Notes: a model not told the origin generated them from the letters alone. DNA of 64,000 nt from Eledone cirrhosa (GCA_964016885.1 OZ024744.1:69812001-69876000), one strand, 5' to 3'. Counted from the stretch's first letter, positions 26,084 to 38,712 are shown. Translations and numbers: made by a program.

Positions 26084-27986
26084 GTAATCCTGAAGATTTC
26101 TAATAAGAATGAAACGCGTAGGTTACTTCCCTTGCTTTTATCGAGAATCTAATTGTAATACGTGACGTATTCTATTCTATAGCGATTAGGTCTTCAAAAT
26201 GTTTATTATAAACATACAGAATATTTTCGAATATTCTATGTCTATCTTCACATATATATCGCTATTTCAGAGCATTTAATCTAATTTCTAATTTCTGCCG
26301 GACCGGCAACCGCTCTTTCAAACCAGTTCCTGTACACAGCTAAGTATTCTATAAGTCTCTAGCTGTGTCATTCTCGATAAAAGCACTGGATATGTAATCC
26401 TGAAGATTTCTAATAAGAATGAAACGCGTAGGTTACTTCCCTTGCTTTTATCGAGAATCTAATTGTAATACGTGACGTATTCTATTCTATAGCGATTAGG
26501 TCTTCAAAATGTTTATTATAAACATACAGAATATTTTCGAATATTCTATGTCTATCTTCACATATATATCGCTATTTCAGAGCATTTAATCTAATTTCTA
26601 ATTTCTGCCGGACCGGCAACCGCTCTTTCAAACCAGTTCCTGTACACAGCTAAGTATTCTATAAGTCTCTAGCTGTGTCATTCTCGATAAAAGCACTGGA
26701 TATGTAATCCTGAAGATTTCTAATAAGAATGAAACGCGTAGGTTACTTCCCTTGCTTTTATCGAGAATCTAATTGTAATACGTGACGTATTCTATTCTAT
26801 AGCGATTAGGTCTTCAAAATGTTTATTATAAACATACAGAATATTTTCGAATATTCTATGTCTATCTTCACATATATATCGCTATTTCAGAGCACTTAAT
26901 CTAATTTCTAATTTCTGCCGGACCGGCAACCGCTCTTTCAAACCAGTTCCTGTACACAGCTAAGTATTCTATAAGTCTCTAGCTGTGTCATTCTCGATAA
27001 AAGCACTGGATATGTAATCCTGAAGATTTCTAATAAGAATGAAACGCGTAGGTTACTTCCCTTGCTTTTATCGAGAATCTAATTGTAATACGTGACGTAT
27101 TCTATTCTATAGCGATTAGGTCTTCAAAATGTTTATTATAAACATACAGAATATTTTCGAATATTCTATGTCTATCTTCACATATATATCGCTATTTCAG
27201 AGCACTTAATCTAATTTCTAATTTCTGCCGGACCGGCAACCGCTCTTTCAAACCAGTTCCTGTACACAGCTAAGTATTCTATAAGTCTCTAGCTGTGTCA
27301 TTCTCGATAAAAGCACTGGATATGTAATCCTGAAGATTTCTAATAAGAATGAAACGCGTAGGTTACTTCCCTTGCTTTTATCGAGAATCTAATTGTAATA
27401 CGTGACGTATTCTATTCTATAGCGATTAGGTCTTCAAAATGTTTATTATAAACATACAGAATATTTTCGAATATTCTATGTCTATCTTCACATATATATC
27501 GCTATTTCAGAGCATTTAATCTAATTTCTAATTTCTGCCGGACCGGCAACCGCTCTTTCAAACCAGTTCCTGTACACAGCTAAGTATTCTATAAGTCTCT
27601 AGCTGTGTCATTCTCGATAAAAGCACTGGATATGTAATCCTGAAGATTTCTAATAAGAATGAAACGCGTAGGTTACTTCCCTTGCTTTTATCGAGAATCT
27701 AATTGTAATACGTGACGTATTCTATTCTATAGCGATTAGGTCTTCAAAATGTTTATTATAAACATACAGAATATTTTCGAATATTCTATGTCTATCTTCA
27801 CATATATATCGCTATTTCAGAGCACTTAATCTAATTTCTAATTTCTGCCGGACCGGCAACCGCTCTTTCAAACCAGTTCCTGTACACAGCTAAGTATTCT
27901 ATAAGTCTCTAGCTGTGTCATTCTCGATAAAAGCACTGGATATGTAATCCTGAAGATTTCTAATAAGAATGAAACGCGTAGGTTAC
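26084..27986 (+). ncRNA. Seven minimal type I HHR copies (26084, 26394, 26704, 27014, 27324, 27634, 27944; 43 nt each)
   Basis: GUAAUC CUGAAGA U-UUCU-AAUA-AGAA-U GAAA CGCG UA GGUUAC; stem I continued by AUUCUCGAUAAAAGCA / UGCUUUUAUCGAGAAU. Confidence 0.9.
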
Positions 27987-28143
27987 TTCCCTTGCTTTTA
28001 TCGAGAATCTAATTATAATACGTGACGTATTCTATTCTATAGCGATTAGGTCTTCAAAATGTTTATTATAAACATACAGAATATTTTCGAATATTCTATG
28101 TCTATCTTCACATATATATCGCTATTTCAGAGCATTTAATCTA

Positions 28144-28194
<51 letters not shown>

Positions 28195-28198
<4 letters not shown>

Positions 28199-28366
28199 AT
28201 GACTCCGACGGCAGACCTCAAGCCGTTTCGACGACTATAGCCGTCGAAACGGCTTGAGCTCTGCCGTCGGGGGTCATACTTTCTCCTATTACCCACTCTA
28301 CTACCCTAAGTATTGAGTACTCTGGTGCGTTATGGTCCATCTGGTTCCTTACCACAACTCTTCCGT

Positions 28367-28370
<4 letters not shown>
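28195..28370. mobile_element. Family F fold-back element with half hammerhead
   Basis: Palindrome centred on CTATAG (28235-28240); plus arm GCCGUC GAAA CGGC-UUGAGCUCU-GCCG UC GGGGUCA; inverted homolog of 24398-24535. Confidence 0.75.
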
Positions 28371-28434
<64 letters not shown>

Positions 28435-29058
28435 ATATAGAAATAAACACACAAAGAAGTATTTTGAATTACATGGGTTGAAAACCACTTTGGTGCAATG
28501 CATATAATCTACGAAATAATGGAACATACATAACAACCGGAAAAGGTGAATTAAAATGTACTAACCGAATCAATAACTATTAAACTCCTGGACAAACTAC
28601 TGATAGAGTTTGCTTCGCCAAAAATTAGTGGCTGTGTCATAGTATCCCAGGGCTTCTCAACAGGAGCAAGGATTATATGAACAGCACACATAGAGATAAT
28701 TTAGGTAACTAAATATCGCACGTGGTATAGTAAGAGAACAAGTGAAACCATGTACGACAAACAGCACTTGGTGGCGTGAGTGGATCGTAAAACGGCTAGA
28801 AAGGGCAACCTAAAGGCTCAGCAAACAATGAGAGAATATATATATACATACAATTTATGTAAGCCATGAGAGACTGGTAGAAGTATCTATAAGGTAATAC
28901 CCATTATAATTAAGAAACAAAAAGAAAAAAAGAAAAACAAAGGAACTCGGTAAGCAAAAGAGGCAAAGATAAGAAAGCAGGTGATAAACAAGGATAACTA
29001 AATGTTTCTGCTATTGAATCTTTTCGGAACCTCCATTTACTGGAAGATATTGTTTATA

Positions 29059-29203
29059 CTGGTAAAATTCCGTTATAACGAATTCCATTATAACGAAATT
29101 TTCAGTATAACGAACATATGTAAGGTCGATCTCCTTATAAAGAATTTTTCGTTATAACGAAGTTTTTATACCCCATGGATTTCGTTATATCGGAATTTCA
29201 CGC
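29059..29203. mobile_element. pogo/Tigger-like MITE
   Basis: AAATTCCGTTATAACGAA ... TTCGTTATATCGGAATTT inverted ends; internal TATAACGAA repeats. Confidence 0.7.
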
Positions 29204-29309
29204 TAGTTGGTAGATCTTAGACAATATATTGTATCTCCAGACTTTTTGTTGTTGTTGTCATTTTGAGAGAAGCTCCAAGATGTCTTCTCTGTATATAATT
29301 GTTTCTAAC

Positions 29310-29560
29310 TGGGGAATGCCCGGCCGCTTCCTCTTCGCACTTGGTCGCCGTCGAAACCTCTGGTGTACTTGGACCCCGTACTGCCGAACTCCTCTGCAAG
29401 ATCGGAACGTTGGCGGCCGGTCTGAGGAAAGAGACCCATGAGGTGCGGTGGCTGTTACAGCAGGTGTCGCTGGCCATTGTCCACAGAAATGCTTTTGCGG
29501 TCTTGTCAGTGGAGCGCAGACCCCTTACCGCTGCGCCCTAGACCCAGATCCCAATCCTCC
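29310..29560 (+). mobile_element. CRE-clade RLE LINE 3' fragment
   Basis: VAVETSGVLGP...WLLQQVSLAIVHRNAFAVL, resembling the CRE C-terminus. Confidence 0.75.
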
Positions 29561-29689
29561 TCTCCCCCCCCTATTCTCCTGTGACACTAGAGTCCTTGCC
29601 TTTCCCTCCATTTTCCGTTTATTTTTTATATTTTCTCATTTTTCATTCCATTCTTTCTTCTCAATCTAAATTGTTTTTCTTTTTCTATT

Positions 29690-30160
29690 AAACTGTTTCT
29701 AGGCCAGTAATTTCAGGGAAGGAGGAAATTGATTAAATCTACCCAGTACTTAACTGGAAGTTTATTTTATCGATCTCGGAAAAAATGAAAGGGGATGTTG
29801 ACCTTAGCGGGATTTGAACTCAGAACGTAAAGGGCGGTAATTGAAAGCTGAAAAGCATTTTTTTGTCCGACATTCTACTGATACTATCCAACCCACACCT
29901 TTATCTATCTATCTATCTATCTATATATATATATATATATATATAATTGTCTCTACTTTAGGGAGAAGGACAGCAATTTGAAGAGGAGAGGAAAGTCGAT
30001 TAAATCTACCCCAATAGTTAGTGGTGCTTTTCTTTATAGACCCCGTAATGATGAAAGGCAAAGCTAATCTTGGTGGCGCTTGAACTCAAAACGTAAAGGA
30101 CCATAATCTATGCCGCATAGCATAATGTCCGCAGCTCTACCGATACTGCCAATCCACCAT
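29690..30160 (-). mobile_element. Two diverged SINE copies
   Basis: Family motifs at about 29690-29895 and 29945-30160. Confidence 0.8.
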
Positions 30161-31112
30161 CCTTCTCTCTATATATATCTAATATATAGTGATTGGAGGA
30201 CTGCGAGACTGTGTAAGGGGTATTTTTTCTGAACACGTTATTAAAATAAGTTGGATTATTTTGAATAAATCATGAATGAATATTATGTAATTTATCTACT
30301 AAATTTCGTAGCTGTTGATTAAACATAAATATTCTTAAATATAAAGTATTGCTTATTTTAAGATTCACTTCTTTAACATTTTCAACACTTCCGGTTAACG
30401 CCCGTTATATCATAACACTTATTACATCGTTTATGTAAACGTTCATATATTTGCATCGTTATATAAGGTTTATATTTCTGTCGTTAATTTTCTCCTTTTT
30501 CGTTTCCATAACATTTCGCCGTAATGCAGTTTATATTTCATATCGTCTTTTTTTTAAATGTATCACGGATTACTTTACTGATTATAGAAGACAGTGTAAC
30601 ACATTCTCTCTTCAATTTCTGTGCATATTGTCAATTACGATTTTATTTGACCTATCATATCTACATGCATATATATTTGCGTATAATATCAATATGCATA
30701 CTACATATGCTAGCAGAAAACCACCCGAAGAGTGGTTTCTCTGCTAGTATCTATAAAAATACACATTTAGTCACACTGTGAATATTAGTGTGTTGGCGCC
30801 AACGCTAGTTAATACGTATTAACAACATATCACAAATAACTGCTTTTGAGATGAGCTAGCACCATATCGTCTGCTTATATTGATAGTCTTACTCAAGCAA
30901 GAACCTCAAACCCCTTACACATGTTTACTGGCTTTCTATCTTTCATTGAGCATTCAACTTCTGAGACGCCGTAGGGGCGCCATTGGATCATCGATTGGCG
31001 TATCTTCGACAATTGAAACCTGGCAAAGTCCATCCTTCTTCATATCTGAACACAGCAGTATTTCTTTTTTGTTGTTGTTGTTGTCTTGTTTTGTTTTGTT
31101 TTCAAGAGAGAC

Positions 31113-31239
31113 TGAAGAAGAAGAAGAAGAAGAAGAAGAAGAAGAAGAAGAAGAAGAAGAAGAAGAAGAAGAAGAAGAAGAAGAAGAAGAAGAAGAAGAA
31201 GAAGAAGAAGAAGAAGAAGAAGAAAAAGAAGAAGAAGAA
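31113..31239. repeat. (GAA)n microsatellite
   Basis: About 40 GAA units. Confidence 0.97.
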
Positions 31240-31769
31240 TGGGGGAGATATAGTATGAGGTGGTGGAGGGGGTAGGGGGTAAGAGGAAGAAGAAGTAGAA
31301 GAAGAATGGGAGGGGAGGGGGGGGGGGTGGGAGGGGGAGAAGAAGAAGACAACGACGACGACGACAGGGGATTATGAATGCGCGCGAAAAGCAAAAGGAA
31401 GTGTGTGCAGATTAAGACGCTAAGATAGAAGAAAGAAAATGGCGGAAGGCGAAGAGTGTATTGAATAAAAAAAAAATAATAATATGGTAGACAAATGTTA
31501 TTATTTAATATTTTTTTATTATTTTATTTTTATTTTTATTTTTATTTTTATTTTGTTTTTTTATATAGTTTTATTTTGTAATTTTGACATCTTAAAAACG
31601 CTTCAATTTTTTTTCTCCAAGGTCTCCTCCTTCCATTTCCACTTCCTTCTCCACCGCCTCCTTCCTCTTTTTTTTTCTTTTATTCCGTCCGCCTTCTCTT
31701 TTTCATACTTCCCTCCCTCCATCCGTTTTTTATCGCAGCCCCTTAATTCCTATTTCTCTTCACATGTCT

Positions 31770-31867
<98 letters not shown>

Positions 31868-32535
31868 TTCATACACATACATACATATGCACACACGTTG
31901 TCTGTCCTCTGTCGCTCTCCCTTTTCATTCACTCTCTCTCTCCCTTTTCACTCTCTCTCTCCCCTTTCTCTCTCCCCCTTCTCTCTCTCTCTCTTACCCC
32001 CTTTCTCTCTCTCCCTTTTCACACTCTCTTTCCCTTTTCTCGCTCTCTCTCACTTCCTTCTCTCTCTCTCCCTTTTCACACTCTATCTTCCTTTTCTCTC
32101 CCTCTCCCTTTTCTCTCTCTTATCCCTTTTCTCTTTCTCTCTCCCTTTTCACACTCTCTCCCCTTTTCTCTCTCTCTCTCTCTCCCCTTTCTCTGTCTCT
32201 CTCTCTCTTCTCTCTCTCTTTTTACTCTCTCTCCCCCCCCCCCTTCTCTCTCTCTTTCCGTTTTAATTTCCTCTCTATTCATCCACCATCTTTATTTTCT
32301 CTCGGCTCCCTTTCTCACGTTTTTCCTGTCACTTATTCCTTGTGGACGTCATTACATTCACATCACCTGACCCATCATCACCACCACCGCCACCACCACA
32401 CTCACACATCATCATCTTCCTCCTCCTCTCCTCTTCGTCGTCGTCGTCGTCATATTATCATCCTCCTCCTCATCATCATCATCATCATCGTCATCGTCAT
32501 CATCATCGTCATTATCATCATCATCATCGCCATCG

Positions 32536-32576
<41 letters not shown>

Positions 32577-32811
32577 GCCATCGTCATCCTCCGAACCATC
32601 ATCACTATCATCATAATCATCATCATCGTCATCCTCCGAAACATCATCATCATAATCACTTTACCATCATCATCATCGTGACCATAATCACTCCCATCAT
32701 CATCATCATCATCATCACCATGATCATCCTCTTATTGTATTCATTATCATCATCATCACCACCACCGCCACCACCATCCTCTCTCTCTCTCTCTTTCTAT
32801 CTCTCTCCATC

Positions 32812-32845
<34 letters not shown>

Positions 32846-32852
32846 GCTCTCC

Positions 32853-32887
<35 letters not shown>

Positions 32888-32930
32888 CTCTCTTTCTATC
32901 TATTTATCTATCTGTCTGTCTATCTATCTA
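31770..32930. repeat. Compound (CT)n / (CAT)n / (TCTA)n low-complexity tract
   Basis: Direct inspection. Confidence 0.9.
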
Positions 32931-33871
32931 TACCACTTTGTCGCGGGTGGGACCAATCCAGTTGACCACCGAGTCCATTGTCATGATCAAACCGCCACCC
33001 TCCTTCAAAAACGAAGGAGAGGCGGTTTTCCTTTGTGTGATAGCTATGGCGAAAGAGGTTGTATGGTGGACAAGGTTGAAAGGGCTGAGATCAGACACCT
33101 TTCTCTCCGGCCAACAACTGATTCTTTTTTTCAAATACCACTTTGGAAGAAGAATCAGGATGGAGAGAGAGGTGCTGTACCCCAGCAAGTTTTATGAAAG
33201 GTGGGTGAAAGTGGCGAGAATGGCCCGAGTGAATGGGCCTTCTCTCTATATCAGCCTGTAGGTTGAGGAAAAGGAGGAGGAGAGGAAAGGAGTACAAGCT
33301 CTTCGTACTCCTGGAGATGAGGGTTGCACATTTTTTTCGGGGGTCTGTGTTACCCATATAAACTGTCTCCCTCTATTGGGGAAAATCGACTAACTTTTAA
33401 ATTCCATCTGTGATAACATTTTACACGTTTTTATTGTATGTAAACTTCCCCCTTTGTATTTGTCCCCTTCTTTTGTGCCCCTGTGGCTAATAAAGAAATA
33501 TATCTATACCACTTTAGAAGAAGAATCAGGATGGAGAGAGAGGTGCTGTACCCCAGCAAGTTTTATGAAAGGTGGGTGAACGTGGCCTAATGGCCCGAGT
33601 GAATGGCCCTTCTCTCTATATCAGCCTGTAGGTTGAGGAAAAGGAGGAGGAGAGGAAAGGAGTACAAACTCTTCGTACTCCTGGAGATGAGGGTTGCACA
33701 TTTTTTCGGGGGTATGTGTTACCCATATGAAATGTCTCCCCCTATTGGGGCAAATCGATTAATTTTTAAATTGCATTTGTGATAGTATTTTACACGTTTT
33801 TATTGTATGTAAACTTCCCCCTTTGTATTTATCCCCTTCTTTTGTGCCCCTGTGGCTAATAAAGAACAGCC

Positions 33872-35950
33872 TTGGGCCAGTTTTTTGTCGCGAAGCACGA
33901 AGGTTGCGTTGTCCGAAGTAAAATACGTGCTCTAGGAAACGAGGGGCCCAAAGCTGTTAGCTGGGCCCGCGTGACAGAAGCCAAAAGAGGGATTAGATCC
34001 ACTATCCGGTCTTTGCGAGTCCAGGATGGACGGGTGATCTTTGAACCTAAGCAGATGTGTGAGGCCTTTAAAAGGCGCTTTACCCGATTGTTCGGGAGGG
34101 GCGGGGGGCCGGATGGGGATGTGGACTTCAATCCATACCTCGACGGCCTGCCGCGTCTTTCGGACGAGGAGGCGAAGTCCTGCGAGGAGCCGATTTCAGT
34201 TGCTGAGATAAAGGTGGTGCTGAGCCGATGCGGCAAACGCAAATCCCCGGGTCTCGATGGTCTTCCATACGAACTATATCTAGCTATGCCGGACTTGTTC
34301 CCCGATCTCCTCGAGGCGGTCTACTGCAACTGGCAACAGAAGGGGAGAATTCCCTGTTCTGTAACCAAGGGCGTAGTCTCGCTAGTGAGGAAGAACGAGG
34401 ACAAGGGGGACGAAATAAGGAATTTCAGGCCCATAACTCTGCTAAATGCAGAGTTAAAGATTTTGGCCAAGGTGTTAGCAAAGAGGTTGGCGTTTGTCGT
34501 GGGCAACCTGGTGGGAGATGCGCAGACATGTGCTATCCCGTCCAGGTCCATCCACGACAACCTCCACCTTATGCGATACATTATAGAGAGGGGTGGGAAC
34601 GAACCTGGCTTAGGTGGGGCCCTGATCAACTTGGATCAATATAAGGCGTTCAATAGGGTCTACCATGGTTACCTGGATGCGGTGCTAGCGGCGGCAGGTT
34701 TCGGACCCGTTTTCAGGGGCTGGATCAGTGCCATGCACAGCAGCCGCATCTGCTCTAGAGTCAAGGTAAACGGCTACCTCTCGGAGCCGTTCGAAATCAC
34801 GCGGTCCATCCGACAAGGGTGCCCTCTCTCCTCCCTTCTTTATGTATTGGCCCTCGAGCCACTGATGCGGAAGTTGGAGTTGTTGCAGGGCATCCCTTTG
34901 GAACTGGGATTGCGGAAAGCGGTGTCGGCCTACGCCGATGACGTAACAGTAATGATGTCGACCGCCTCGGAAATCGAGGCGATCGGCACCTTACTGGAGG
35001 AGTACCAAAGGTTTACAGGACAAGTCGACCGGGACAAGTCGATCGGGTTGCAACTCGGCACGTGGAGGGGCAAATCGATGCCCTCCGATTGCGTCGCCGG
35101 ACGCTGGACGGAAGGCCAGGTGAGGTTGCTCGGGGTCTGGTTCGGACCAGACCTCCAGGTGGAGAAGAACTGGGGTGAGGTAACGAACAGGGTGTTTGCA
35201 CTAACCCAGAAGTGGACCGAGTGCAAACTATCCCTGAAAGGTCGGGCGGAGGTGGCGAACATTTATATAGCGTCCGTCATCTACTACCGCCTGACCGTCG
35301 TGCCTGCCCAAGGGGAACGCTCACCAAAATGGAGCGCGCACTCTTCCAATTCCTTTGGAAGAAGCGGGCCCCTTTGGTGAGGAGATCCATCTGCGAAAGG
35401 AGGGCTGGGGATTCCGTAGCTGCCTATGCGTAAACACGCATTAAGGCTACGGCACCTCCAGGTATTCCTCACCGGTCAACCGGTGTGGGACCCGTTGTGA
35501 GACGAACCTTTCCGAGACTCGTTTCACTCACCAAGCTGCAATCCTGGGTCAAGCAAAGACCGAGAAAACTGGGCGCCTGGCACACCGACATTCTATAGAG
35601 GGCTGGTACGCAGCAGGTGCCACAACGCCCTCGAAGAAGCCCTAGGAAGAGGAAGACGGACTGGCCAGCCTGTTCGGTAGGACATTTAGCCCGGGACCCA
35701 TGGACAACTTCCAGAGGTCCCTGGCCTGGCAGTGCTACCGAGGGGCTCTGCCCGTTCGAGAAAAGCTCTACAGACACGGGCGCCCGGGTAGGGGCCCCTC
35801 GAAAAAGATCTGTCCCAGATGCGTGCGCGACGAGGAAACCGTCACGCATGCATTGGTACACTGCCCGGGCGTCGCCGATCTGTGGGGCTAAGTCGAACGA
35901 CTGTTGTCACGGGTAGGACCTATCCGGTTGACCACCGAGTCCATTATAAC
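33872..35950 (+). pseudogene. Tx1/L1 ORF2 reverse transcriptase, disrupted
   Basis: KSPGLDGLPYE, FRPITLLN, RQGCPLS, AYADD; frameshift near 35310; C-terminal CPRC..HALVHC. Confidence 0.9.
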
Positions 35951-36349
35951 TATTGAGGACTTTATTGTTAATTTCATATTTTTTATCTGTTTTTTTACTC
36001 GTTCTTTTGTGTAAACTCCCCCCTTTGTATTTGTCCCCTCCTTTTGCGTACTCGTGGCAATAAATAGAAACATATCTATCTATCTATAAGTCCACGATTC
36101 GGTCTTTGAAGGACCAAGACGGACGCGTGATACGTGAGTCGAAGCAGATGTGCGCGGTCTTTCAGCGGCACTTTGCTCAACTGTTCGGGCAGGGCGGCGC
36201 GCCGGGAGGGGCTATGGATTTAGGTCCATACTTTAGGTCCATACTGCGAAAGGCCGATTTCAGCCGCTGAGATAGGGGACGCGCTGAGCCAATGCGGCAA
36301 ACGCAAATCTCCAGGTCCTGACGGTCCACCCTACGAATTTTACGTAGCA

Positions 36350-38116
36350 ATGCCGCACTTGTTCTCCGGTCTCCTGGAAGCGGTCAACTGCAACTGGCAG
36401 CAGAAAGGGAGAATTTCCAGTTCTGTGACCAAGGGCGTAGTCACACTTGTCAGGAAGGACGAGAATAAGGAGGATGACATAGGCAACTTCCGGCCCATAA
36501 CTCAGATTTTGGCCAAGGTGTTGGCAAAGAGGCTGGCGCTTGTCGTCGAAAACCTGGTAGGAGAAGCGCAGACATGCGAAATCCCGACCAGGTCCATACA
36601 CAACAACCTCCACCTCATGCGATACATCATAGAGAGGGTAGGGTGTAAACCCGGCTTCGGTGGGGCTCTGATCAACTTGGATCAGTCTAAGGCTTTTGAT
36701 ATGGTTGACCATCGTTACCTGGATGCGGTGCTCGAGGCGGCAGGCTTCGGACCCGATTTCAGGGATTGGATTGCTGCAATGCACAGCAGCAACATCTGCT
36801 CAAGGGTCAAGGTGAACGGCTACCTCCCGGAACCGTTCCATATCACGCGATCCATCCGACAGGGGTGTCCTCTCTCCTCCCTTCTGTACGTACTGACTGT
36901 CGAGCCACTACTGCGGAAGTTGAAGATATTGCAGGGCATTTCTTTGGAACCGGGACTGCGAAAAGCGGCATCGGACTGCGCCAACGACATGACGGTAATG
37001 GTGTCGAGCACCTATCAATTCGGGGAATACGAAAGGTTCAAAGGAGCGAAGCTGAACCGGGACAAATCCGTCGGTTTGCAACTCGGCACGTGGAGAGGCA
37101 AACCGATGCCTTCCGATGGCGTCATCGGACGCTGGACGGAAGGACCGGTAAAGCTGCTCGGGGTCTGGTTTGGTCCGGACCTCCAAGTGGAGAAGAACTG
37201 GAACGAGGTGACGGCCAAGGTGTTTGCGCTCACCCAGAAGTGGGCCGAGTGCAAACTATCCTTGAAAGTTCGAGCGGAGGTGGCGAACACTTTTATAGCG
37301 TGCGTCATCTACTACCGCTTGACCGTCGTGCCTTGTCCAGCCAAAACGCTCGCCAAAATGGAGCGCGCGCTCTTCCAATTCTTTTGGAAGAAACGGGCTT
37401 CTTTGATGAGAAGATCCATCTGCTGCCAACACCCTTCAAACGGAGGGCTGGGGGTACCGTGGCTGACGATGCGCAAACACGCGCTCAGGCTGCGGCACCT
37501 CCACGTATTCCTCACCGGACAATCGGTGTGGGCCCCGTTCGTGAGGCGAGCCTTCCCACGACTCGTCTCGCTGACCGAACTGAAGTCCTGGGTCAAGCAA
37601 AGACCGAGGAAAATGGGCGACTGGCACATCGAATGTGCTCAGGCGCTCACAGTCCTCTTGCAAACGAACCCAGCGATCAGTGGAGACTCCACTTCGTCAT
37701 TCTATAGAGGGTTGATCCGCAGCAAGTGCGACGACGCGCTCGTAGAAACTCTAGGCGTAGAGGAGGACGAACTGGCCAGTCTGTTCGGTAAGACCTTCCG
37801 CCTGGGACCGATGGACAACTTCCAAAAGTTGTGCTACCGAGGAGCTCTACCAGTTCGAGACAAGCTCCTCAGACACGGGCGCCCGGGCAGGGACCCTTCG
37901 AAAAAGATCTGTCCGAGATGCGTGCGCGACGAGGAAAGCGTCGCGCACGCATTTGTACACTGCCCGCGCGGTACCGATCTGTGGGGCTATGTAGAACGAC
38001 TATTGTCGCGGGTGGGACGAATCCGGTTGACCACCGAGTCCATTGTCATGATCAAACCGCCACCTTCCTTCAAAAACGAAGGAGAGGCGGTTTTCCTATG
38101 TTCAACCCCTATGTAA
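36350..38116 (+). pseudogene. Tx1/L1 ORF2 RT and C-terminal zinc knuckle, catalytically dead
   Basis: LDQSKAFD, RQGCPLS; YADD replaced by CAND; small deletions relative to the 59954 copy. Confidence 0.9.
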
Positions 38117-38379
38117 CGCCTCCCCCCTATTGGGGATTTCAATTGTTATTTGTTGTTTTATTAATAGTTTTATTTTCATATACCTGTATGTAAACTCCCC
38201 ATTTGTATTTGTCCCTTTCTTTTGTGCCCTTGTGGCTAATAAAGAAATTTATCTGTCTATCTATCTTTTATTCTCTCTCCCTCCGTCTCTCTCCCTCTCT
38301 CTTACTCTCTATCTATCTATCTATCTCTCTATTTCTATCTCCATCCATCTCTCTCTCTATCTATCTCTCTATCTCTCTC

Positions 38380-38420
<41 letters not shown>

Positions 38421-38662
38421 GTCATTCTCTCTCTCCCTCTCTCTCTATCTATCTATATATATATATATCCATCTCTCTATCTATCTATCTATCTATCTCT
38501 CTTTCATTCTCTCTCTCCATCTCTCCATCTCTCTCTCTCTTTCACTCTCCTCCTCTCTCTTTATCTCTCTCTCTATCTATCTATCTATCTATCTCCATCT
38601 CTCTATCTATCTATCTCTCTCTCATTCTCTCTCTATCACTTTCTCTCCTTCTCACTTTCCCC

Positions 38663-38712
<50 letters not shown>

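Larger units (their letters stand above)
24585..28147. repeat. 310-bp tandem array of hammerhead-containing units (retrozyme-like) with central inversion
   Basis: ATAGACATAG recurs at 24591/24901/25211/25521/25831; inversion at about 25858; TCTATCTTCA recurs every 310 bp from 25931 to 28101; about 4.1 + 7.4 nearly identical units; (TA)n at both ends. Confidence 0.97.
32925..38232 (+). mobile_element. Cluster of four co-oriented 5'-truncated Tx1/L1 LINE copies
   Basis: Copies at about 32940-33500, 33507-33866, 33867-36075 and 36091-38230; each ends ..TGTGCCC.TGTGGC.AATAAAGAA or a close variant. Confidence 0.92.

Noticed and set aside
24585-28147. CRISPR array or rDNA/snRNA tandem cluster
   Set aside because: No unique spacers, no cas genes, eukaryotic context; no similarity that I recognise to 5S, tRNA or snRNA
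28597-28647. Minus-strand GCCA..UGGC GAAG hairpin flanked by UACU/AGUA
   Set aside because: Both core halves deviate too far to call a hammerhead
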